64,000 bases of DNA, from the NCBI GenBank assembly GCA_010909165.1, contig VJWM01000107.1:992001-1056000 (forward strand). Reading direction: 5' to 3'. Source of the stretch: Anthoceros angustus. Lineage: Eukaryota; Plantae; Anthocerotophyta. The notes beneath the pieces are model-generated. The model was given only the letters and a program-made list of their open reading frames with translations. It was not told the origin of the DNA and did not search any database. This document shows positions 1 through 11,149 of this stretch, one piece after another; positions within the stretch are counted from its first letter, which is position 1; each line of letters opens with the position of its first letter. Both the position numbers and the translations under genes were made by a program.

Positions 1-413
1 CCAAGACCAAGGACTTGAGTCTTTCTTCCCAAACCCCAAAGACCAAGGACTTGAGTCCTACCTATTTGAATAGATAGGACTACGGACTCGGTAGCGGACT
101 TGAGCGGCCACCGCTTCTCGGTGTGACCACACCAAGTAACGTCCTCCCATCACCACTTCCTAGGACTCCCCTCTTGTGCGTGGGAAACTAGGCGAGGTAA
201 GAGGAGCTCTCGCTCACCGACATTCGGTGCAAGGAGTCCGGTGAGGTCCTCGGGTTAAACAACATGTTCAAGCCGACTTGTTGGATGAGAAGCTTGTTTC
301 TTTGAATATGCAGTGGGTCATTGTGCTTCTCCTTCCAAGTCGAGCTCTCCAAAGCTGAGCACAGGAGGTGTGCGGATTGGATATGGGAGTCGTGACACTG
401 TAACCATCGACGT

Positions 414-1480
414 TATGTGAGTAGGAAAGCTTCGAGGCCGTTGGAGCTCAGAAAATCTAGCGTGATAGACTATTCTATTCCTCACCATCTTATATGTCGT
501 GCTAAAACTTTGTGCGAGATAAGAAGGACATGGTTGTGGGATGACGCGTTCATGATCTCACATCAAACTTGGGTGCAGTCAATCACATACTTGGGGAACC
601 ATATCTTGCGGATGTATGTATCCGGAGGTAGGCTCTAGGGTGGGCAAACCAAATCCCTTCATGTGGTTTTCAATAATCTCCGCACATGCTACACATGGGG
701 AGCCTAATGAGGCGATACAACTTTACTATGCGATGTGTCGCTCGTGTGGCGGATGCCCACATCTTTGTAGCAGCCCTTCAAGCTTGTGCATTTCTTTGTG
801 GACACGGAATCTAGCGAGAAAAGTGCGGCATGATATGTTGCATGACATTCCACCGAACTTGTTTATTGCCAACTATCGGTGGACATGTCATAAGTGGTGT
901 TGGAAGAGGCAAACACGGTTTTCGATAGGTTAGGCGAAAGGATGTCGTGACATGGACGATAGTTGGGTATGCAAATCATGGGCTTGGCCAAGAGGCGCTT
1001 GTATGGACAAATGGAGAAGGAGGGCACGATTGTGGGCAACCATGTTACCTTTGCTTGCCTTCCGAGGCTGTGCAAACGCAAGTGCCTTCTGAGCGGGCAT
1101 GCACTCACAGTTGTGGAGAGAGGGCTAGATAACACACTTGTGGGCACTTGCAGTGGACATGTAGGCAAAGTGTGGCGAAGTAGAAGATGCGCATCAAGTT
1201 TTTCAATGCTTGAGCCCAAAGGATGTGGTGACTTGGAATGCCACGATTCTTTGGGTATGGATGAAGGGCTTGGTCAAGAGGCGCTATTTTTGTATGGACG
1301 AATGCAGCAGGAGGGCCTGCTGTGGTGATGAGGTTACTTTTGCTTGCCTTTTGAAGGCATGTGCAAGCATTGGTGCCTTCAGGCGGTGGCGCACTCACTT
1401 GTGCAAAGAGGACATTTGGATAACGTGCTTGTGGGCGCTCGGTGGACTGTATGCCAAGATGCATGCCTCGTTTTGACAGC
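414..1480 (+). pseudogene. PLS-class pentatricopeptide repeat (PPR) gene, frameshifted and 3'-truncated
   Basis: Stitched frames give PPR motifs: MWFSIISAHATHGEPNEAIQLYYAM, GYANHGLGQEAL, GNHVTFACL, PKDVVTWNA, GLGQEALFLYGRMQQEG, GDEVTFACLLKACASIG. The reading ends abruptly at an AT-rich repeat block near 1485. Some frameshifts may be sequencing error. Confidence 0.85.
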
Positions 1481-1489
1481 TGGGAAAAT

Positions 1490-2840
1490 TCTTACAAACA
1501 TTTTACAATGCTGGCACTATTTATAAATCGATAAATTTGTATAACATTTTACAATGTATTTGCAATGAACATGCCACATCAGCAATTTCACTAATATATA
1601 GCCTCATAAATGACATAAATCAGAAAAGGTCTCTTCCACATATTTACGGCATTTTACAAGCATGCACATCGCAATCTTACTAATATATAACCTCATAAAT
1701 TACATAAATAAGGAAAAGGCATGCCACATCAATCTTACTAATATATAACCTCATAAATTACATAAATAAGGAAAAGGCATGCCACATCAATCTTACTAAT
1801 ATATAACCTCATAAATTACATAAATAAGGAAAAGGTCTCTTCCAAAATTTACAACGGCATTTGCGACAAGCATGCCACAATCTTACTAATATATAACCTC
1901 ATAAATTACATAAATAAGGATATATAATCTTACTAATATATAACCTCATAAATTACATAAATAAGGAAAAGGCATGCCACATCGCAATCTTACTAATATA
2001 TAACCTCATAAATTACATAAATAAGGAAAAGGTCTCTTCCAAAATTTTACGGCAAACAAACATGCACATCAGCAAATAATATATTTATTCATGGATATTG
2101 GCTGGCTTGTGCATTTTACAACCATAGTTACGACGCATGTGCCACGTCGAGAATATACAATAAAATGAATAATCCAATAATATAACATAAATTGGAGAAA
2201 CCATTTTACAATGATATTTGCAATGAGCTTGCCATGTCAGCAAATAATAAATTTATTTATAGATATTTATATAAAATGGTTTTCATGCGTTTACAACCAT
2301 AGCTACAATGCATGTGACACGTCGGTAAATACAAAAAAAAAGATAATCCCATAACTAACATAAATCCAGAGAAACATATTTACAACATCATTTGCAACGA
2401 ACTTGCCACATCAGCAAATAATAAATCTATTCATAGATATTCCAATAAATGGTATTATTCCAAAAATCAAGTCTTGCACAATTTACAACCACATCTACAA
2501 CAAACATGGTTTACAACGCCTTTTACAAGTACCGTTTACAACATCCTTTATGCCACGTCATTATAAATTCAACAAAATGTAGTTTTATTAACAAATAACC
2601 CCCATAGTTTTCTAAATCAAAAGAGTTTATGCACAATTAACAACGTCATGTACAACGAGCAAGCCATGTCAACAAACCCCGTTGTAAAATTTGTGTCAAC
2701 ATGCCATGTCAACAAATCCCGTTGTAAAATTGTGTCAACATGCCATGTCAACAAACCCTTGTAAAATCCATGCCACATCATATTAGTTAGGAACCCTTGT
2801 TGTAAATGTTCAAAAACTTACAGGGCTTTGAGTATAGTAA
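1490..2840. mobile_element. Possible DNA-transposon (CACTA-like) subterminal region / non-autonomous element
   Basis: Dense short motifs in both orientations (tttacaac/gttgtaaa, gccacatca/gccatgtca) and three ~40 bp repeats at 2655-2775. No clean TIR pair or TSD was found. Confidence 0.3.
1585..2045. repeat. Tandem array of ~7 copies of a ~59 bp AT-rich unit
   Basis: The unit core tcttactaatatataacctcataaattacataaataagg recurs near 1675, 1733, 1791, 1881, 1929 and 1987, with a variant near 1585. Confidence 0.9.
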
Positions 2841-4226
2841 GAGTGTTGTAGTTTCCTCTAACTAAACTTAGACCCATTTGTAAAAGGTAGCCCTCCTTGT
2901 AGTGGGTGGCCATCACACCGGGACATGCTCGCAAAATCTAGCTCCCACACGCACTTCAAACATGGGCGGTCTGGAATCACGCCACCCTATGGCCACGCCT
3001 GCAGGCGGTCTCGCAAAGTGTCCCTTGCATTTAAGAACTTGGAATCGTGCACTAGGCTTGCATGATCATATAGCTCCAATGGCCCGCCCGATCGCCCGGT
3101 GGAATTCGACTGCGACATCCTCATGAGGCACGTGAAACGCAGCTGCCCACAAAACACTCGTACCCCATATCGAAAACAGTCATGAACAAACGCGTCCATG
3201 GCCTGGTTGTCTCACTCCACCTCCAAAGCGGGTCGAGGCGAAGGTTGTGGTAGGGAGAATCCGGGGCCTCCCAGTCCTCCACTATAAGCGGCCACACTTA
3301 TCACACGCCCGTCGTTGGGTTTCGTCCCATGAGACTTGTGTGAAAGTTCGAGGCCTTGTGGTCACCAATCGCTACTGCACAACTCTCGGCCTTCTCAACA
3401 AGCAAGGCGCCCACTCTCCCTCTCACAGTGCACCACTTGCACCGCTCGAAAATCGCCAACCCTCGACCCACAGCGACACAAAACAATTGCGGGTCACGCC
3501 TCGTGACAAGGAGCCTACCAGGCGCCGGGGACCCCAGTTCACACCGCGATTTCGTCCCTACTTAAGACCAAACTTGACCTACAGCGACACAACACAATTG
3601 TGTCCCGCCAAGAAGAAGAGCCTACCAGGCGCCGGGGACCCCAGTTCACACCGCGATTTCGTCCCTACTTCTAAGACTATTCTTCTCCACTCGGGGCGCT
3701 CGTTTGCAGTTGGGATTCGTCCCTTAGGCTCGCCTGGCCTTCCACTAACACCTACACCTCTAATCCTCTACTCATCTTCTCATCTCCTCATCCTCTTCCT
3801 CCTAGTCTAACCTCGATTCGGGCTTCTTGGTTTCGACCGCCTCACGCACAACCGCCTGGGTCCGCCTCCACCAAAGAAGTTCTTCCTTGGGCGGTTGCTA
3901 TGAGTTTGACACTGACAATGAGAACCTCGAGTCTTTCCTGTAGTCTACCCTCAAGCCGAGAGTTCTCGGCATTTGCCACACACCCAAAGCAAAGCAATTT
4001 CACAAAGAACCATTCACAAGGGAGCAACTCGTTTAGGCACTTGCGTGAGCAAGTCCTCCACCAAGCACTCCGACCACCGCGACTTCCTCTCTACGACATG
4101 TTGGCTCACATGCACGAAATTCCTCCAGAATGGCAAAGGACTCGATGAGCGTGGAAGCGCAAGACATGATACTTTACTTTGTGAAATCCTCCTCCTCTTA
4201 TAGGAGGCCTTCCACATACAACCTCC

Positions 4227-5205
4227 CTTGGGTGACCCTACCGCAGTCACCTTTTCCAATATTCTATTATTTCCTACCAAAGATTTAATGTCCGCACCTA
4301 AGTCTATTGTCCGCTTGGTAAATCCTATTCTAGCAACTTCACCTAAGACCATCCTTGAAGGATGTCGATTACATCACCGTCCTTCCTATTCTTCTACCTA
4401 GCATTTATGGCCCTTGACCATATCTAGTCTTCACCTAGGGACGCGTCTGGTGGATTGGCTCCCTCGCCCTCCTTTTGCTCTTGCCCTTCCCGGATCTTGT
4501 CCTTCCTAATGTGTGGGGCAAGTACAATCTTGCCCTTCCTCCATCTCCTCAGGCGCGCCTCTCCTCCATCGCGCCCCTCCCGCGCACCTGGCGCCTTCTC
4601 CTCCCTCGCCCTCCTTCCCTTCCCTACCGCGTAGTCAGATCATCGGGTAGACCACCACCATGGTAGTCCGCCATCTCCTTCTTCTTCTTCTTCTCCATCG
4701 GTGATGTCTCTTGGGTGACCCTACCGCAGTCACCTTTTCCAATATTCTATTATTTCCTACCAAAGATTTAATGTCCGCACCTAAGTCTATTGTCCGATCC
4801 TTGGTAAATCTATTCTAGCAACTTCACCTAAGACCATCCTTGAAGGATGTCGTTACATCACCGTCCTTCCTATTCTTCTACCTAGCATTTATGGCCTTGA
4901 CCATATCTAGTCTTCACTCAGGGACGTCTGCGGTGGTCAATTCCCCACCTCCTCTCCTCCTCTTGCTCCTTCCCTTCCCGGATCTTGTCACCTTCCTAAT
5001 GTGTGGGGCAAGTACAATCCCCCCCTCCTTCTTGTGGTGCTCCTCCTCCTTCTCCAGCCGCGCCTCCCGCACCTAGGCGCCTTTCCGCCACCGCCGCGCC
5101 TCCTTCATCAAGACCCTCACCGCGTAGTCCGCATCACGGGTAGGTCACTACCTACCATGGTAGTCCGCCATCTCCTTCTTCTTCTTCTCCATCGGTGATG
5201 TCTCT
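4227..5205. repeat. Tandem duplication, ~483 bp x2
   Basis: cttgggtgaccctaccgcagtcacc starts at 4227 and 4710, and the two blocks are colinear. Confidence 0.9.
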
Positions 5206-8200
5206 GGAGATCCTCCTTGCTCCTTCCTCTGTTTGGTTTGTCCATACCTATCATGGAGCATTTTGTCTTCCCCAATTGTCGGGATTTACTAATCTCTCGG
5301 GCCTTTTTCGTTGGGTTCCTCCGGCCTTCTCCTTCCTCGTGGGGTGAGGGAACTTCCCACCTCCTTCTTCCTCCGGTGGGGTTGTCTCCCACCTCCTCTC
5401 CTTCTCCTCGGTGGGGTTGTCTCTCCCCACCTCCTCTCAGGGGTATACTAGGACCCCGGCTCCTCCTCCTTCCGCCAGGCCTCCGGCGACTCTCAAGCCC
5501 AGCGGGTGCCCTACCGGTAGTGGCGGACTACGGCGTGGGTGTTGCACGGTGATCGGCGGACTACCGTGGTAGTGACCTGGTGGTAGGACCCCGGTGGGCT
5601 GTCCCCTCCTTGCTCTCACGCCACCTTCCTGGCGCGCTCTTCTCACCTTGACTCCTCAGTTCCTCGAGTCCATTTCACGAGCCTCATCAAAATCGGAGGC
5701 CTCTGCACTTGCGGCTCCTTCATCATCATCATGAGGACCCAATGTCCTCCTCTTGGCCAAGCGTAAGACTTCGTTGTTGGCCTTCAAAATCTGTTGTGGA
5801 GGTGAGCCCCAAGCTATGATATTGCATTTGGAGATCATCAACTCCGTGGGCCACTCTCCATCCTCACACCTACCTTGTAGGCATCTCGGTGGTCAATTCC
5901 CCACCTTCACATGGAGGTTACATTCTCCTCCCTCACTTCTTTAGCCGGGCCAATTTTGCATGAAGGGCATAATCGCCCAAAACCTTCTTCCTCACTACCA
6001 AGATTCTGTGCACCACCTTCTTGTGGTGCTCCTCCCGAGACCTCCTTTGTTCCAGTTCTAATTGCCGGGCAAGCCCTCCTTCTCCGCTTGCCAAGCATCC
6101 TTCGCGCCAGCCCCAGCGGCTTGAATTTCCAGCTCGGCGCTTCTCTTCCAAATTAAACCGGGTCCTTCCAATTCCTCTTCCATGTCCGGATTTTGATAGC
6201 TTGAGTAGCCATCACTGCTCATGTCGGCCACTTCTTTGGACGCCTTCTCCTTCCAGCCTCTGTTTTGCCCTTCGCTCTTGCTCCAATTGGGCAAAATGCT
6301 CTTCCGCCTCCATGAGTCTTTTGGGTGGTTGCTAATGGCTCTTCTCCGCTTGAGCCAACCTTCCCTCAGGACCTTCTCCGCCGTTGATCTATGAGGTCGC
6401 TGGAGCTTCTCCACCTTTCCAACTTGGCTGCCTTCTCGTCGGACTCCATGGCCTCCAATTGCCATTTCATCCTCGCTTCTCTTCCAACCATGTCTTGGGC
6501 CTTGATTTCCTCTTGGCATGCCCACAAGGAGGCTGCTAGCTCTCTAGCCCCTTCAAATCCACACCGAGTGCTCACAAGCTCCCAAAGAATTCTCCTAGGG
6601 TCCTAATTCCACCCCTTCGCCTGGAAATTTCCAGCTCTCCTCCTTCTCACGGTGGTGGGGTCCTCACTGCCGCCCCATCCGCCTTCCTCATCCACGAATT
6701 TGGCTTGAGGAGCTTCTCCACCGCCTTCCTCCTCCTTCTCCTTCCCTTCCCTACCGGCGAGGGTGCTGCCCACCGGCTGGTCCGCCTCACCGCGGTACCC
6801 CTCATGTAGTCCGCCACCACTGGTAGTCTCTGTGCCTCTCCTATAGGCACAAATGAGATGGTGGGGACTCCCCCACCCTTGGGTCACCCCCTGTGGTCCT
6901 TCTCTCATAGACCACCATCGGCCTTCGGCCGATTCTTGTCCTCCTCCTTCTCCCTTTTGTGGGGAAAGATTCCCACTCCGGCAACCTTGTTGCCTCTACT
7001 TCCTCCACCCTTGGCCCAGCATGCTTGTGGAGGTGAGCCCCAAGCTATGATTGCATTTGGAGATCATCAATCTCCGTGGGCCACTCTCCATCCTCACACC
7101 TACCTTGTAGGCGTCTCCGGTGGTCAATTCCCCACCTTGACATGGAGGTTACATTCTCCTCCCTCACTTCCTTGGTGGCTGCCAATTTTGCACGAAGGGC
7201 ATAATCACTTAAAACCTTCTTCCTCACCACCGGCATCATGTACCACCTTCTTGTGGTGCTCCTCCTCTGGACCTCCTTTGTTCCTATTCTTGGCAAGCCC
7301 TCCTTCTCCTTGCCAAGCATCTTTCGCTCGCTCCGCTAGGTCTTGAATTTCCAGCTCGGCGCTTCTCTTCAAATGGGGTCCTTCCAATTCCTCTTCCATG
7401 TCCGGATTTTGATAGCAGTGGCCATCATGCGGCCACTTCTTTGGACACCTTCTCCTTCCTAGAGCCTCTGTTTTGCCCTTCGCTCTTGCTCTAATTGGGC
7501 AAAATGCTCCTCATATACCTCCATGAGTCTTTTGGGTGGTTGCTAATGGCTCTTCTCTGACAACCTTCCCTCAGGACCTTCTCCGCCGTTGATCCATGAG
7601 GTCGTTGGAGCTTCTCCACCTTTTCAACTTGGCTGCCTTCTCGGACTCCATGGCCTCCAATTGCCATTTAGTGCCTTCCTCCCCATGTCTTGGGCCTTGA
7701 TTTCCTCTTGGCATGCCCACAAGGAGGCTGCTAGTCCTAGCCCCTTCAAATCCACCGGTGAGTGCTTCACAAGCTCAGCAATTCTCCTAGGGTCCTAATT
7801 CCACCCTTCTTTGAATTTCCAGCTCTCCTCTCTCGGGCCATCGGGTGGTGGGGTCCTCACCGTCGCTCCATCCGCTCTCCCCGGCGGTGGTGGCGCCGCC
7901 TTCGGCCTCGTGCTTCTCCTTCCCTTCCCTCCATTTGTCCTCCTCTTGGCGTGGGGTGCACCTACCAGCAGTGGCCTCCCCCTGGTGATGCCTACCTACC
8001 TGGTGGCGCTGTGATGCCTCTCCTTAGGCACAAGGAGATGGTGGGGACTCCCCCACCCTTGGGTCACCCCCTGTGGTCCTTCTCTCATAGACCACCATCG
8101 GCCTTCTTGGCCGGTTCTTGCTCCTCCTCCTTGCTTGCTCTGTGGGGAAAGGATTCCCACTCCGGCAACCTTGTTGCCTCTACTTCTCCCTCTAGCATGC

Positions 8201-8770
8201 TTGTGGAGTCGACCTCCCACCGCCTTCCTCAATGCAAAGGCAAAGGCCTTTCCAACCTTGGTGGAGATGGATGACCTCAAAGGATGCCATGCATCTTCCA
8301 ACTCCTTGCTTGTGAGAAGTCCCTCGGTTTCCCACAAATGCACCAAATAGGTGCTAAGATAGCAGGCCTTGGCCTTCCTCATCCACCGAATTTGGCTTGA
8401 GGAGCTTCTCCTGGTGGATATATGCCTCATACATTATGGTGCCCTAACTGCTTAGCTCCTCTTGAAATCTTCCACAAGAATTGAAGGAAGTTGGTGCTGA
8501 AGTAAGAGGTCCGTTGGTAATTTACCAACCCCAACACAATTTTTGCAAAGAGCCTCCACTTCAGCTCCTTGATGTTATCCGTCTTCCAACCATTCTTGGC
8601 GTGGGCCTTCACTCCTCCGTCCATCATGTCTAAGACCTCCTGCGGAATTTCTGTGAGGGCAATTCTCTTCCCTCCATTTGTCCTCTCGAGGAGAGCAATT
8701 CCAGAACTCTCCTCTTCCGGTCTCCCATACACACTAATGCTTCTGATTTGCCCAACAGGACTGGCCATTC
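4230..8770 (-). CDS. Retroelement accessory ORF (plant transposon protein/PMD-like domain followed by coiled coil), frameshifted and with two internal duplications
   Basis: KELKWRLFAKIVLGLVNYQRTSYFSTNFLQFLWKISRGAK...KACYLSTYLVHLWETEGLLTSKELED, followed by an E/K/R-rich helical region (ACQEEIKAQDMVGREARMKWQLEAMESDEKAAKLE). Confidence 0.55.
5794..8208. repeat. Tandem duplication, ~1.2 kb x2
   Basis: ttgtggaggtgagccccaagctatgat starts at 5794 and 7025. The microhomology ttgtggag also occurs at 8201. Confidence 0.9.
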
Positions 8771-9098
8771 ATTTGGCCTTGTTCATTTATTGTTAGAGTG
8801 CATTTATATACATTCTAGATTTTTGTAGTAAATTTTCTATAAATTGCCGATCGGCGATTGTCCTAGGGTATTTCCATCAATCTTTCCGAAAACATCCGAT
8901 GTAAGCACGCTAGAACTACTACCTCGATCGCTAATTTCTATAGAAAAGCAGAAAACAATACAAAACATTTTCTTGATGTATATATTGTGTTCTTGATTTA
9001 ATTAGTATTTCTAATCAAGAAACAGAAAAACATATACAAAATGCACATTTTCGACAAGAATTTTATGTGCATCCCTAGGATGCAACCTACATCGAAAT

Positions 9099-9310
9099 GC
9101 TCGATACCATAACAAATGTAAGGTTGATGTAGATCAATTACCATTTAGTAATTACATATTTCATTGAGTATCAAGAAAAGAACTTAAAGTGCTTATCTTT
9201 GAAAAGACACTATCTGAAACTTAAAAGACATAATCACAGGCGGGTCGTAACCCCATTGAACGGGTACTTCTAATATATTTATTTCAGCCACCCTTATAAT
9301 AGCATATAAC
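9099..9310 (-). mobile_element. tRNA-iMet-type PBS plus possible short AT-rich LTR remnant
   Basis: gctcgatacca at 9099-9109 (minus strand TGGTATCGAGC), followed by tgtaagg...aaca. No partner LTR was found. Confidence 0.3.
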
Positions 9311-9349
9311 ACAATCTAATTCACGGATATGCTCAACACTATCCTTAAG

Positions 9350-9515
9350 TAGGCGGGTAGGCGGGTAGGCGGGTAGGCGGGTAGGCGGCAGGCGGCAGGC
9401 GGCAGGCGGTAGGCGGGTGGCGGATGGGCGGATGGGCGGATGGGCGGATGGGCTGCGGATGGGCGGATGGGCGGATGGGCGGATGGGCGGATGGGCGGAT
9501 GGGCGGATGGGCGAG
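9350..9515 (+). repeat. G-rich compound microsatellite (GGGTAGGC)n-(GGCAGGC)n-(GGATGGGC)n
   Basis: Read directly from the sequence. GGG runs are spaced by 5-nt loops. Confidence 0.9.
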
Positions 9516-10252
9516 AGGTAAATAGGAGATGGAAGTCCAAGCATAAACTCACACGCAGCCGCCAAGCACGTCGAGTTCGCAAATACGAGGTAGGTAGGTA
9601 GATCATGAAATCGGCTCATAATCATGAAAGGATTGTACGATTGAGACCGCATTGAGGCGGCATCTGCACTGCGATAGGAGGTCAAATGTCCATGGCGCGA
9701 GGGACTCTATGTAGGGCAAGGTCACCAAAAGCGTGGGTAGGCACCGCGATATTCCTCTTCACCCTACACGGTGGCCTCGGATTTATGGGCATTGCCAAGA
9801 AGCGCCGTGCAGGTTAAAAACAAGCGGATGAGGGAGATGGGATGCTTGTGTTTCCCCTTAGAGTCGGCAAAGAGATGCTGCAGGGATGTCTCAACACCTC
9901 TCCACTCGTACGTGGGATACCTTTTCTTACAAATAGAGCGAGAAGTGGAGAAGCAGATCCGAACCTCAACCAACCAACCAAGAGACAGCTTGTTGGAACA
10001 AAGAGCCATAGCTCCATACAAGAACCAGGCTTAGGGGTACAATTAAAGGCTGCTTTCTTATAGAAAGGCCTGCTTAAACCTCAAAAGTACATTGCTAATG
10101 CTATGTCCTCGTCAATTGCCAAGGTCTGCTACTGCTGGCCAAAAAGTGCATTGCATGCCCGTCAGCTACTATCTTTAGCAACCTGCCTCCATAGCGTGTA
10201 CACCAAGGCCCAGGTTGAAAGGTTTAAATAGACAGCAACAATAGCATTGGAG

Positions 10253-11149
10253 CTAAAGCACATTCACGACCATATACCCAGTGATGGGGGCTCTGCAAAT
10301 AGGACACAGAGGATCCCAACTCCGTTTGTGCTGCTGAATGCACAAGTTGCAAAACATAAAATGCAAGCAAGGAAGGACGACGGTGTTCCTAGGCTTCACA
10401 TAGCAGATCAAGCACGCATTTTCTCCCGCCTCGCCTGTGTTCGACGCAACGTGTTTCCTTCGCACTCCAATCCCCAAGCCGCATCTTCCAGAGTCTTCTT
10501 GTCAACTGCAAGTTTAGATAATGCATTGTCTAGCTCATCGTCATTGTCCCTTCAATTCGCTCACTTTGTATAGCCGCTTTGCAAGTTGGTATTCTCCTCC
10601 TCCAACCTTTGCAATCTCGAAGCAAGTCTCTCCGCACGCCTCCTCCTCCCGCTCAATCGCTCCCGTTGTGCTCACGCCTTCTCCGCTCTTCTGGATTGCT
10701 TTGAGCTTACCGAGGCCCCGCTTCTTCCTTGATGTGGCACTCCCCTTTGTCTCTTTTTCTTTTCGTAACACCGCTCCTTATAGTTTCTTCAGATCTAAAT
10801 ACAATTTCTTTTTGCTCCGCAAGGGCATTCATCAGCTCATCGTTGGACAGATCGCCAAGTCCGCGATTCTCTCACTGCGTTCACGCCCTATGCGCTCGTT
10901 GCGAATGATTTGGAGCGAGTCCTTGCACCTCCTCAATGTGAACTCTTGATCAACGAGCCCATCCAACCGCTTATGCCTCTCGGCATGTGGCAATTCACCG
11001 ATCTCCCTCTTCCTCTTTTGGTTCGCCATATCCGCCAACCTGACAACGTTTTCCTGCTCCTCGAGCCTCTCTTCCAGCTCTTTGTCGGGCAACACCTTCA
11101 AGTCCATAACTAGCCTGGCCTCCGGATCCCTACACTTCCTCTTTGCCAT
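10253..11149 (-). CDS. Coiled-coil protein with C-terminal RING-HC (zf-C3HC4_3-type), probable E3 ubiquitin ligase; frameshifted in this consensus
   Basis: N-terminus MAKRKCRDPEARLVMDLKVLPDKELEERLEEQENVVRL. C-terminus ENACLICYVKPRNTVVLPCLHFMFCNLCIQQHKRSWDPLCPICRAPI, giving C-x2-C-x11-C-x-H-x3-C-x2-C-x11-C-x2-C. Confidence 0.8.

Larger units (their letters stand above)
2844..9091 (-). mobile_element. Giant, apparently solo LTR (Athila/Tat-like) containing an internal ORF
   Basis: On the minus strand it begins TGTAGGTTGCATCC (compare TGTAGACGCATCC at 58217) and ends CTACAACA. TATAAGAGG lies at 4202-4194, the same motif as at 61028. No adjacent PBS, PPT or matching TSD, so the boundaries are provisional. 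Confidence 0.5.

Noticed and set aside
1-110. Repeated aagaccaaggacttgagtc at the window start
   Set aside because: Possibly a MITE end, but it is cut by the window edge and cannot be classified.
3467-3678. ~110 bp direct repeat near the end of the left giant LTR
   Set aside because: Real, but short repeats are common in LTR R/U5 regions and nothing further supports a special role.
9284-9685. ORFs with PPIRPSAH repeats
   Set aside because: They are translations of the 8 bp microsatellite.
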